DNA from: Squalus acanthias
Lineage: Eukaryota
DNA: 64,000 nucleotides
Assembly: GCA_030390025.1 (NCBI GenBank)
Contig: CM059430.1
Span: 153,450,001 to 153,514,000 of the forward strand
Reading direction: 5' to 3'
Shown here: positions 51,882-63,276 of the stretch, piece by piece
Layout: each line of letters begins with the position of its first letter
Position numbering within the stretch: the first letter of the stretch is position 1
Program-made: the position numbers and the translations under genes
Notes under the pieces: model-generated
Seen by the model: the letters and a program-made list of their open reading frames with translations, nothing else
What the model was told of the DNA's origin: nothing
Database searches by the model: none

Positions 51882-52774
51882 GGGGTAAAAATTCAGTTGG
51901 TTGCGCCTCCCGTTAGCGCCTTAAGAGGGCGCTAATGGGGCGCAAAGCCGCTAACGCCCGGGTGCAGCGATGTTTGCGCCGTTCGGGAACTTAACTAGAG
52001 ATTGTGCGGCGGCGCTAAACTTTACCGCTGCGACCACCTGCACGTGCAGATTGTGACGTCATTCCATGGTGCAACGCCCTTGTGGCGCCCCGGAGCGGAA
52101 ATTGAGTGGCGCCCCCTGCCTTACCGCCTGGCGCATCCAACGACCAGAAGACTGGAACGCTATCAATCGCTGTGGGGCTGGGGGGGGCGCTATTTAAAGG
52201 GGGCCTCTTCCTGTCTTTTATTGTTGGTGGCATTTTTGAACTACGCATTCTGAGAGAGAGAGGGAGAGACTTCTGGAGAGATTCAACATTGTGTGAAGGA
52301 GTTTTGGGTACTGAGCAGCACTTTGCAGGTTCATTTTGATTTGCCATTCCTTGTATCGATTTAGCAGAGACTGTGGGAGCTGCACTCTGAGCTCTTTGCC
52401 TGGTACTCTCCATTGTTCTTTCCAGCACATTTGATGTGCAAGTCTCTCCAGGCCGAGATTCAAGGCTGCAATGAACAGGATGTGGATGGAAAGCAAGATT
52501 AACCATCCCCTTTAAGAACTGGCCCGTGCCATTGTGTGTGTGTTCCATTGCTGACTGACATTACATGAGCTTCGCCAGCGCTCTGAGTTAGCGCCTCACT
52601 CCTTGGCCTTTGCGCCTTAAGACAGGTGTGCAGCGCCTGATTTAGCGCTCCACTCACCTCCCGGGGCGGTAAAAGTGAAGTTTCCAGTCAGTGGCGATAA
52701 TTAGCGCCAGGCGCTAATATTTGCGTCCAGACGATATTTGCGCCCCAAATGGGGCGCGACCTAATTTTTCCCCC
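51882..52774. mobile_element. PIF/Harbinger-like MITE (CpG-rich)
   Basis: TIRs ggggtaaaaatt / aatttttccccc; TTA TSD on both sides. Confidence 0.85.
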
Positions 52775-54931
52775 TTAGTATTCTAACAAATGCATTCTGA
52801 AACCTACTACAATTTGTGACAGACACCATATTGAGTTTGATTTTTCCATTCTCTCTTTATTTCTTATTTCCGTTCAAGTAAATAGGTAACAGTAACATGA
52901 CAAAAATGGAAGCAATTTCAGTGCATTAAACCTGTTGGATTCTGACAAGTATTTCTTCTTATTCTGGAATTAACTCGCAACATGATTTTGTTTTACCAAA
53001 AACAAAATGTAAATCAGATGTGAAGTATGCAAAATCTCCTCGTGTACTTTTGTAAAACTAATATGCTGCTGCTAAGCATCAACCCCTTCTAATCTGTCAG
53101 GGTAGCAGTGCTGTGCTGTGCTTTTATACGTAACACTGTTCAGAAAATACTAAGAATCTTATAGAAAGCTGAGCCTGTTTTGTACTTGGCACTTAGACCT
53201 AGCCATTGCAATTCTGTATCACAGCATTCTACTGGAAATATCGAGCCCTTTTCATTATAATAGTACAATGTTTTACAGAACTTTGGACGGATCCTTGTAA
53301 CAGTTTCACAATTGTCTAGCAGTTAAATTCACCGATCCGCTGGAACATTAGACCAGATGGACCAGAAGAGCCCAGATTCCATCCTTGGTCTGTGCTGAAG
53401 TAGGTGGTCTCGGCTGCAGAGGCAGTTGGGCTGTTATAATGAGGGCTCACCTGGTCTGATGACCAAAGTGGAAAAAATAGCCAGGATTCCCACACAGTGA
53501 TCTCTGCTGGAGAGTGCGTGGGTGTGGGTGAGAGGTGAGGACATGATCAAGCGCGGGTGTGGTTTTCATCTGCCCCGATCCCACAGTTGAATAGTCCGCC
53601 AACACTCGCTGCTTTGGTCTCCACACTTAAAGAATGGCCAGAAGAACTGCCAGAGCCTGTGAAACTCACCTGGAGTTTTCAGCAAAGGGGGAAAATACTT
53701 TTACAGGAAATGCTCATATATGTTTCTCAGCAATATTACGTTACTATATGAAATAAGAACATTTTAAAATTCAAATTACAGCCCAGAGTTCAAAATGCCA
53801 AAAGACAAAATGCTGGAAATACACAAAAGGTCTGAAAGAGAAAAATAACCTGCAAGTTTTGATGAAGTTTCTCCACCGGAAACCTATGTTTTCTCTTTCA
53901 GAGTCTGACCGACCTGTTGTCTATTTCCAGCATTTTCTGCTTTTTTTTTGTTGAGATTTCTAGCATTTGCAGTTTTTTTTGCCCCTCACCGAAAACGTTA
54001 AACTTTTAATGTCATTAATTTGTGAAGTTGTGATCTGATCACTGCAGGTTCATTGAGAGACAATCTGCAACTAATCACCAAGGAGCCTTGTGGCCAATAT
54101 ATTTTATATGCTGTCCATTTCATATTCCCGCTCCCATCTGTTTGACGCAGAACTTCTATAAGGATCTTATAAGTCCGTCAAAAGGAGTGCTAGTTTTCAA
54201 ATAAACCACTCTCTTCCTGTCAGCTGACAACTGTTTTCAATCAGTTCTGATGTTCTATCAACAAACATAAATGTGTTTTAAAAAAAACTCTCAATGAAAA
54301 GCAAAAAAACCCGAATGGCCATATTGACATTGATTAGAGAAAAGTTGGTGGCTGTAATGGAAAATATAAAAAGAAACAGCAAAAGCTCACTAAAAGGGCA
54401 TATACACATGTTTAAGGTTTAATACACTCAGTTTATATTATCTAAACTGCTGGGAGTGTCTTGTAACCTTATAACACACTCCTAGCCAACTATTATTCTC
54501 TACGTTATTGTTAAAAGTAGCAAGCAAAAGCGAATAATTGAATAATGAAAATGTTGAGCTATCTGCATAGTGCATTTGTGGGTATTAAAGAACACCATTG
54601 CTATTTTATTTAACCTGCAAATGTTTTCAACTTTATTTTTAGGGGTGTGTAAGTTTCCCCTTTTTTCCTGTATTTCTATGTTTCGTTGCCTGTAGGCGAG
54701 GGCAGAGAAAGGGTCTTCTCACAGGCTGCCATCATTGTAGCCAGCCACCAGGAGCCGCCAAAGGCTGCCCAGACATGAGCCCCCTCCTCTGATTTTCTTT
54801 CCATCTTCTCTCTCTTACACACCCACTACCCACTGTGATATGCTGCAGCCTTTGCTTATCACCTCCATGCTTTCTGTGGCTCAGCTGGGGAACTAAGAGG
54901 TGCAGAACTTACATTTGTCCCTACTCTGGTG

Positions 54932-55200
54932 CATAGGAACAGGAGCAGACCATTCAGCCCCTTGAGTCTGTTCAGCCATTCAATTAGATCATGGCTGATC
55001 TCTACCTCAACTCCATTCGGCTCCTTTGATACATATCTCTTACCTAACAAAAATCTATCAATCTCAGTCTTGAAAATTTCAATTGACCCAGCATCTACAG
55101 CTTTTTGGGAGCGAGAGCTTGGGATTTCCACCTCCCCTTGTGTGAAAAAAGTGCTTCCTGACTGCACTCCTAAATGGCCTACCTCTAATTTTAAGATTAT
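54932..55200 (-). mobile_element. CR1 LINE 3' end fragment
   Basis: Reverse-complement tail cataggaacaggagcagaccattcagcccc; FKTEIDRFLL. Confidence 0.85.
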
Positions 55201-55796
55201 GGACTTTCAAGAGACATTTGATAATGTGCCACATAATAGACTTGTTAGCAAAATTGAAGTCCATGGGATTAAAGGAGCAGTGGCAGCATGGATAAGAAAT
55301 TGGCTGAGAGACAGAAAGCAGAGAGTAGCGGTGAACGATTGATTATCAGACTGGAGAGAAGTATAGAGTGGTGTCCCCCAGGGGTCGGTATTAGGACCAC
55401 TGCTCTTTTTGACATATATGAGTGACCTGGACCTGGGCATAGGCGGCATAATTTCAAAGTTTGCAGATGACACAAAACTTGGAAATGCAGTAAGCAGTGA
55501 GGAGGATAGTAACAGACTTCAGGAGAACATCGACAGACTGGTGAAATGGGCAGACACATGCAGATGAAATTTAACGCAGAGGAGTGTGAAATGATAGATT
55601 TTGGAGGCAAGAATGAGGAGAGGCAATATAAACTAAATGGAACAATTTTAAAGGGGATGCTGGAACAGAGGGACCTGGGAGTTCACATACACAAATCTTT
55701 GAAGGTGGCAGGACAAGTTGAGAAGGCTGTTTAAAAAAAAAAGCATACGGGATCCTTGACTTTATTAATAGAAGAATAGAGAACAAAAGCAAGGAA

Positions 55797-55994
55797 TGAT
55801 GCGGAGATGCCGGTGTTGGACTGGGGTGGATAAAAGTGAAAAGTCGCACAACACCAGGTTATAGTCCAACAGCTTTATTTGAAATCACAAGCTTTCGGAG
55901 CGCTGCTCCTTCACCTGACGAAGGAGCAGCGCTCCGAAAGCTTGTGATTTCAAATAAAGCTGTTGGACTATAACCTGGTGTTGTGTGATTTCTC
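55797..55994. mobile_element. Penelope-like inverted terminal-repeat insertion
   Basis: Perfect 66-bp inverted repeat 55847-55912 / 55920-55985; 14-bp TSD acaaaagcaaggaa (55783-55796, 55995-56008). Confidence 0.85.
55911..55947 (+). ncRNA. Minimal type I hammerhead ribozyme motif
   Basis: Stem I UCAC/GUGA, core CUGACGA(+A), stem II GGAGC/GCUCC, GAAA, palindromic AGCU stem III, CUU cleavage triplet. Confidence 0.7.
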
Positions 55995-58900
55995 ACAAAA
56001 GCAAGGAAGTTATGCTAAACTGTTATAAATCACTGGTTGGACCTCAGCTAGAGTATTGTGGCCAATTTTGGGCACCACACTTTAGGAAGGATGTCAAGAC
56101 CTTGGAGAGCGTGCAGAGGAGATTTACTACAATGGTATGAGGGACTTCAGTTTGATGGAGAGACTGGAGAAGCTGGGCTGGTTCTCCTTCGAGCAGAGAA
56201 GGTTAAGGGGAGATTTACTAGAGATGTTCAAAGTTATGTAGGGTTTTGGTGGAGTAGATAGGGAGAAACTGTTTCCACTGGCAGGAGGGTCAGTAACCAG
56301 AGGACACAGATTTAAGATAATTGGCAAAAGAACCAGGGGGGAAAGAGAAGAATATTTTTTTTTTTTACACCGGAATGCACTGCCTGAAAGGGTGGTGGAA
56401 GCAGATTCAATAGTAACTTTCAAAAGGGAATTCGATATATACTTGTAAAGGGGAAGATTGCAGAGCTATGGGGAAAGAGGAGAAGAGTGGGACTAATTGC
56501 ATAGCTTTCAAAGAGCTGGCACAGGTGTAATGGGCCAAATAGCAGCCTTCTGTGCTGTATGATTCTAGGTCACTTTGGCCAAAGTTATTTTATGATCAAT
56601 TGATTTATCTATAATTTTTTAAAATTCAAAGTACTGTTATTAACGGCTGGGTGGTTGCTTGAAATATCTCTTTTTAAAATTTATTCGTTCATGGGATGTG
56701 GGCGTCGCTGGCAAGGCCGGCATTTATTGCCCATCCCTAATTGCCCTGGAGAAGGTGGTGGTGAGCCGCTGCCTTGAACCGCTGCAGTCCTTGTGGTGAA
56801 GTTACTCCCACAGTGCTGACTTTGTCGTAGCGGTTTGGTACAACTGAGTGTCTTGCTGGGCCATTTCAGAGGGCAGTTAAGAGTCAACCACATTGCTGTG
56901 GGTCTGGACCAGGTAAGGACAGCAGATTTCCTTCCCTAAAGGACATTAGTGAACCAGATGGTGGGATTTGAACTCACGTCTCCAGATTATTAGTTCAGGA
57001 CTCTGAATTACTAGTCCAGTAACATAACCATTATGCTACTGTCTGTTTAATCTCATTAGGACATAGCCTTCAACTTTTTACTTGAAAGTCACTTTTGTAG
57101 CTATTGTGTGACAGCACTGTGGTCTCTGAATAAGATCTCCTGTGCTAATGTTTTTCAGGGAATCCAGTGGCATAATGTATTGATGCTCTGTTGAACTATG
57201 CCATGCAAGATAGGACATGGGTTCATATCGTGATTCTTGATATCAACCAGACCATCTGTGGAAAACAAGCACCAAATGAAGCTCCTTAAAGAGATGAAGG
57301 GATAGTCAACTCCAATCATTGTATTCAGCATCGGTGAAGCCTGAGAGCTGCTCTCCAATGGCCCATTGGTGTTCCCATTGGCCTGTGAATGAGCTGCTAG
57401 CTCACATCAACAGCAGCAAAGACAAATGGCCCACAGAAAACCCTGAAAATGATTCTTCTCCCTGAAAAATAGAGCATATGTGTAGTTCATTGAAGGGGAA
57501 ATGAACACACTCTTTTAAAAAAAAACTACATGAGGAGAAATTTTAAAATGCAACAGAACTGAGAATTTTAGAGAAAGCTCAACTTTAATCATGGGACGAC
57601 AATGTTAACATTTGAACCAATTGCTTAAAGTCGTTAAAATGACTATCACCAAATGAAAGGGATATTGTCTTTTAAATCTATGCTGACATATGTGCCACAT
57701 GACAATGTGAACAAGCCTTTCATAAACCATTTCATTGTCCCTCAGGTTCCTCGTGCTGTGAAGTAATGGTCTCCATCTGACTTATAGATTGTTCTTTAGT
57801 TATGGTAACAGTTGTGTTATTTTTGCCCCAAACAGCATTAGCTAACAAACCTCCTTTTGCTGGGAGATCCTTATTTTGTAAATATTTTTCCCATGTATTG
57901 AACTGGAAAACATATCCATAACTATAAAAAGATGTTTCTGCGGACAGTAATGCACTATGGCAATGCTTAATACTCCATTGTATTATGCTTTAAAGTGGTA
58001 GAAGACAGTCTGTAGGGTGTACTCTTAATCTCAGCCATCTGGTCTGGTGGTGCAAGGCATTGGTTGCAGATTAGGCAACTTCTCTACAGGGAGGGAAAAG
58101 GGAGTCTGAGCAAGAGCAATGCTAGTGGGGGCTTAGGAGCAGGTCACCTAACAGCCTTAGTAAGGATTGATGTGTGGTTTGAAGAAATTGAAAGAGGAGA
58201 CAGTAAAAAATAAAAATACTTTAAAGCGAAGGCTGAAACATGGAAGTATGCCTTCCCTACTCCTCCAAATTTGGAAAAGAAAAAGTTAAAAGGGTATGGG
58301 GAAAGGGTAGAGGGAATGAAGCTAAGCAGATAGCTCTTTTAGAGAGCCAACACAGATGCATTGGGCCAAATGACCTCTTTCTGTGCTGTAATAGTCTATG
58401 TTTCTATAAATCCTTAATAATGGGAACTATATTACCAAAATTTAGCAATTGAAATAAAAAGAAAAGAAACATGAAAAGCGGATTGGTTACCCACACAATT
58501 TAACATTTGGGTGCCCAACGATAATTGTAAACATAGTTTTATAAAAAAACATTGCAATAAAAGTGGCTATTTAAACTACACTGCTGAATTGCAGAAAAGC
58601 CGAACTAGGTAAAACTAGAATTCTGGCAGCACTGACGAAGACTCATCGACAGCTGAGACTCATTTTTTGAAATTAGTGGCTGTTGTTGGATGAACGCAGA
58701 CTTGTCAAAGTTACCTGGATGACTAAGTTATGCTGTCTGAGTAGAAAGGAGTAGTGCAGGGTCACTAAGAGGACCATTCTTATCAAGTCAAAGTCTCTTT
58801 TTTTTGAATTAGGCAGCTGGCAAGCGAATCGCGATTGAAGATCAGGCCGCTGCTGCTGCTCCTCCCGGCTCCACAATCAGGTAAGTATTTTGAAAAACTT

Positions 58901-59351
58901 ACCTTGTTGGTTGTTCGGCCACATGTAGACTTGTTTTTCCTGAGTGCAACCAGCGTGTGCGGCCTCAGGGCAAAATATCCTGCAGTGGGGGCCTCAAACA
59001 GGCGCTCGGCCTCTGTTTCAGGCATGGGCAATGCAAGCTGATTTTTGGCCTTTACCAGTATGGTGGGTGGTGTAGTTCCCGCTTGTAATGAGCGTGCATT
59101 TCCTGCCCACTATATTGGAGGCTTGGGAGGCCGTTTAGTGCCTGAAAAACAGGGAGGGGTGTGCCGAATTTCTAGGCCACTGTTTCCCACCGCTAACCAT
59201 ATGCAATATTATAAAGTCTTCCTGAAGTGCAGTCCTTTACTTAAAAAAAAAGCTGCATGTTCCTAATACAAACCTTTAACAATGTTCGCATTGAAGCTTA
59301 GTGCTAAGTGACTGCAATTATTCTTCTGAATTTTGCTCAAGAAAAGATATT

Positions 59352-59720
59352 GGCCCGTATTTTCCGATCCCTACGGGTGTGTACGAGCTGTGTAGACACC
59401 CATAGGGACCTTGCAAGTGCCGGTTTCAGGCATGCGAAGCGCATGCGCTGAAAACTGGCACTTTCGATCTGTCAAGAATCCTCGACAGATTGGACGCCTG
59501 CGGCTGGAGAAGGGCCTCTGCGGGTGGAGAGTTCCGCTTTCTGCAGAACCTCCGCCCGCTGAAATCCCTTAAAAATCTTACGCCTGGTAAAAGCATTTCA
59601 TAGAGCAGAGGCCCAAGAGCGGAAATGGCTGGACCTCTGGAGCCCTCGGGTAAGGGAGTAGATTTTTTCCAGATCGGAGGCCTCCGCACGCAGGAAGCCT
59701 CCGATCGGAAAATACGGGCC
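59352..59720. mobile_element. PIF/Harbinger-like MITE
   Basis: Perfect 18-bp TIR ggcccgtattttccgatc / gatcggaaaatacgggcc; flanks att/gtt. Confidence 0.85.
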
Positions 59721-61625
59721 GTTATAATACAGCAGATATACATAGCTTAAATTACTGTTCACGACAGTGTGAAACCATTTTTGCAAATATAATTTTGTTT
59801 AACATCAGTATTGCAGTTTAAAAAATATTTTTGTCTGATACATATTTTATTAAATTTGAAGCTGGGCTCGTTGTTGGCACAATATAGGTAAATATACTGC
59901 CCAGTGGTACTGAGCCATACATATCAGGAAGGTTCAAGTTCAAGATTCAATCTGTGAGCCATCCTGTGTTAGCTGCTCCACTGATCCAGTGCTCACTTTG
60001 TGAGTGTTGCAATTGACAACAGTGTCCAGGGCTAAGAAGTTTTCCCACTCCTGATTGCTGTCCAGTGATTTGTGAGGCTTCACCCTTGAAGTCCCTCATG
60101 GTTGTACGTGTGAGGGAATTCAAATGTGCCATTTTCATTTTAGCTGTTCACACTGGAAGGCTCCCTGGGGATATGCAATTGATCTGAAGGTGACTTCCTG
60201 TTAACTTAGAAACGATATTTTAAAAAATATTCGTTCACGGAATGTGGGCGTCATTGGCAGTGCCATCATTTATTGCCCATACCTACTTGCCCTTAAGAAG
60301 GTGGCGGTGAACCGCCTTCTTGAATGGCTGCAGTCCGTGTTGTCGGAGTTTGGTACAACTAGGCCATTTCAGAGGGCAGTTAAGAGTCAACCATATTGCT
60401 GGTGGTCTGGAGTCACATGCAGGCCAGACCGGGTAAGGACGGCAGATTTCCTTCCCTAAAGGACATTAGTGAACCAGGTGGGTTTTTACGACAATCCGAT
60501 AGTTTCATGGTCGCCATTACTGATACTAGCTTTTTCTTTAATTCCAGAATTAATTAACTGAATTTAAATTCCTCAGCTGCTGTGGTGGGATTTGAACTCA
60601 TGTCTCTCCGGATATTTAGTCCAGGCCTCTGGATTATAGTCCAGTAACGTAACCACTATGCTACCGATAAAAAGAACCTTCAGTTCCCAAGTTGACAGGT
60701 TGGGACTTCCACAAGTTGTTGTCCAATTCCAACCATGCTATGCACACAATACAAATGTCTCAAGATATGCTGTTTGCATTTTTCTAAAGCTCCAGAAGGT
60801 TCTACAATTGTGCCATGCCTTCTAAATGTAGCAAACTAATACTGTTCTGCAATGAATTCATTGCACAAGTGTAAATCAGTGGCAAGTTTTAAATGTGTCT
60901 TACTGTTCTTTATTCCATTCCTTTCACCCTAACTAACGGTTGGTTTACTGACTGGAAGTAATTCTGAAATACAAGCTTTTAAAACTTTGTACTCCTTGAG
61001 CACTACTCTCTAAAAGATGTTTATGCAGTTCCTCAGTTCTACAGGATTCTATTCCAAGTGCTGACGAGCTGCAGAAGGAATTTGGAGGAAAAATTCTCTT
61101 CAGGAATCTTGGGCCTACCAAAATTCCTGGACTAAATAAGAATAAAGTGCTTGTGTTAGCTCACACAGTGCCACGAGTAATACCTTCTGGAGCAAAAAGT
61201 GTTTGCATAACATTTTTTGGTGGGAAGAGATGAACTTAACAAAATGATGGGGGAAGTGATGACATTATTTCATACCAATCATACCTGTAATTGACATCAT
61301 GACAGAGTAAAGTTGCAGAAAAGTGGAATATGGACAAGTGCATTGCAAAATCAACCCTGGTGGGTATTGGGATGCAGAAAGACCCAGATCAACTTTGCAT
61401 GCCAGTTTTTTAACTTGATGAGTTATGCTGTATACCACTCTTCCAGACGGCCATATCCTTTTAATGTTATAATCTCACTTAGAATCCATAAACGGTCAAG
61501 TAGCGGGGACACAAGTTAAAATAAATTAACAATAAAAAAGTCAGGCAGAAGCTCTTTACACAACAGACGTGTGGAATAAATTACTGGGGAAAACCTTGTC
61601 ACGCAGGCAGTGTAAATGGGACAGT

Positions 61626-62323
61626 GGCCCGGATTTTGCAGTAAAAATAATGGTGAGGCTATCAGCATTCACTGTTATTAAAGTGTCAATTGGACAGCAA
61701 CTTCTTGCGACCGCACATGCACAGTTAAACGCAGAAATCAGGACGTTGCTGTCCAAGTTGCCTGCTCCCCAGAAGCTTTGCTATAACAGTATCTCGCCGA
61801 GAGACTTGGAATTGAAAGGCATGGAAGGGCGTGAAGTTGCGGTATTTAAGTGGTAAACACTAAACTCACCAAAAAAAGTTAGGGCTTGTCCATTCCAGTG
61901 TAAGTAAATTTTTAACAGTGTGATGTCTTAATTTCTGCCAAACAACCTCTGGTTGCCCTGAAAATTAACTTTTACAAGTGTGGAGTCTCATTCCTTCAGA
62001 TTTTAATTATTGTTGGAGATTTAAAAAAAACCAATTTAAATATTAAAAAAAAACTTATTCTTTCTGTCTCTCTTATCCCTCTCTCTTAATCCCATCTTTC
62101 TTTCCTTCGCTTTATTTCATTTTCTGTACATGTATTAACGATTCTAACTGACACTTCCTGGTTCAGAATCTGTGCGGCTCATAAACAATTCTTCAATCTG
62201 ATTGGTTAAAGAGGTACACCATTGCTTGCCCTGTTCCCACAGGTCCCAGATTGCCTGTCGGGACAAGTAAGTGTAATGAATGGCTGGCGCCGTTTATTCG
62301 CCACTGAGAGCAAAATCCAGCCC
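61626..62323. mobile_element. PIF/Harbinger-like MITE
   Basis: TIRs ggcccggattttgc / gcaaaatccagccc; flanks agt/aat. Confidence 0.7.
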
Positions 62324-63114
62324 AATAAGATTAGATTTTGAAGAGAGAAGCAATCCAAGGATGTGAGAAGTTGGGCAGGTAGGGTTAAATTATCAGAAAG
62401 GGATGGTTTATTGGGTCAAATGGCCTTTTCTGTTCTTGAACATTTTCATGGTTTATGCATCAAAGAGGAACAATCTTCATTCGAAAAAATTTTAGCAAAT
62501 CATTTTGCTTGTCTATCAACGCATGATATGATCATGAAAATCAGGTCAAAATGTGGCAGTACATTAATGTGATTTCATTATAACAAAAAGTGACATGCCA
62601 GTTTTGGCTGTCCAAACAGAAAATAAGTTTGGTTTCAAGACAATAACCCTATAAACCTTCCAGGATTGATAAGGGATTTTAAATATTTTCTAAAGCTTAG
62701 TCTTTTAAACTCTGATATATATATATATATGTGGGCTCAAAATTCTTGTTAGTGTAAAACGGGAGAATACCTGATTTTCCCACTTGTAAAATCATGGGAA
62801 CATGTGGCTTTGAAACATGGGATTTCTGAAAATGCAATTTTGTTGAAAAAGGAGTTTTGCTCCTTATGTCATAGACTCTATTGAGTTTTTTTGACGTAGG
62901 AGGCAAATGACATTAACAATACAAATCAAATATAACTGAAACCCTCTTTGGCTGTTGACATAAACGCAACTTTTGATCAACTTTTTCATGTTGTTCAATC
63001 TGTCATTTTGACAGTTTTCTCACTGGTGGTTAGGTTCAATTCTTTAGGGATTTTTTAAAGTTCAAGTGGAATGATTTCTTTAGTATGCAGCTCATCGCCT
63101 CAGCAGCCAGAGAC

Positions 63115-63276
63115 TTAGATTGCCAAATCATCTGATCTGGTCCGGTTGCTCTGTTTGCTGGTTTCACTATTCCTTCTCTCGTCAGTCGCGGAAATGTGGC
63201 TGTTGGGTAGTGCACTTATCTCTTCCAGTCTCCCCTGCTTGTCATCCATCATGGCAAAGTTGTCTCTGTTTTGCTT
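63115..63276 (-). CDS. Frameshifted C-terminal tail of the same connexin (KQNRDNFA...SNRTRSDDLAI*)
   Basis: The alpha-connexin QNxxN motif and RxDDLxI PDZ-type terminus lie in a different frame from the upstream part. Confidence 0.8.
   Translation of the reverse strand, partial: KQNRDNFAMMDDKQGRLEEISALPNSHISATDERRNSETSKQSNRTRSDDLAI

Larger units (their letters stand above)
55201..56568 (+). mobile_element. CR1 LINE RT-to-3' end, interrupted by a Penelope-like insertion
   Basis: DFQETFDNVPH, GVPQGSVLGP, SKFADDTK motifs; tail ccttctgtgctgtatgattcta. Confidence 0.92.

Noticed and set aside
51882-52774. CpG-island-like promoter and 177-aa ORF
   Set aside because: Bounded by TIRs and a TTA TSD, so it is a MITE; the ORF has no recognisable motif
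57150-57450. Coding-like composition with splice-like ends
   Set aside because: Stops in the frames examined, no recognisable motif and no phase link to other pieces
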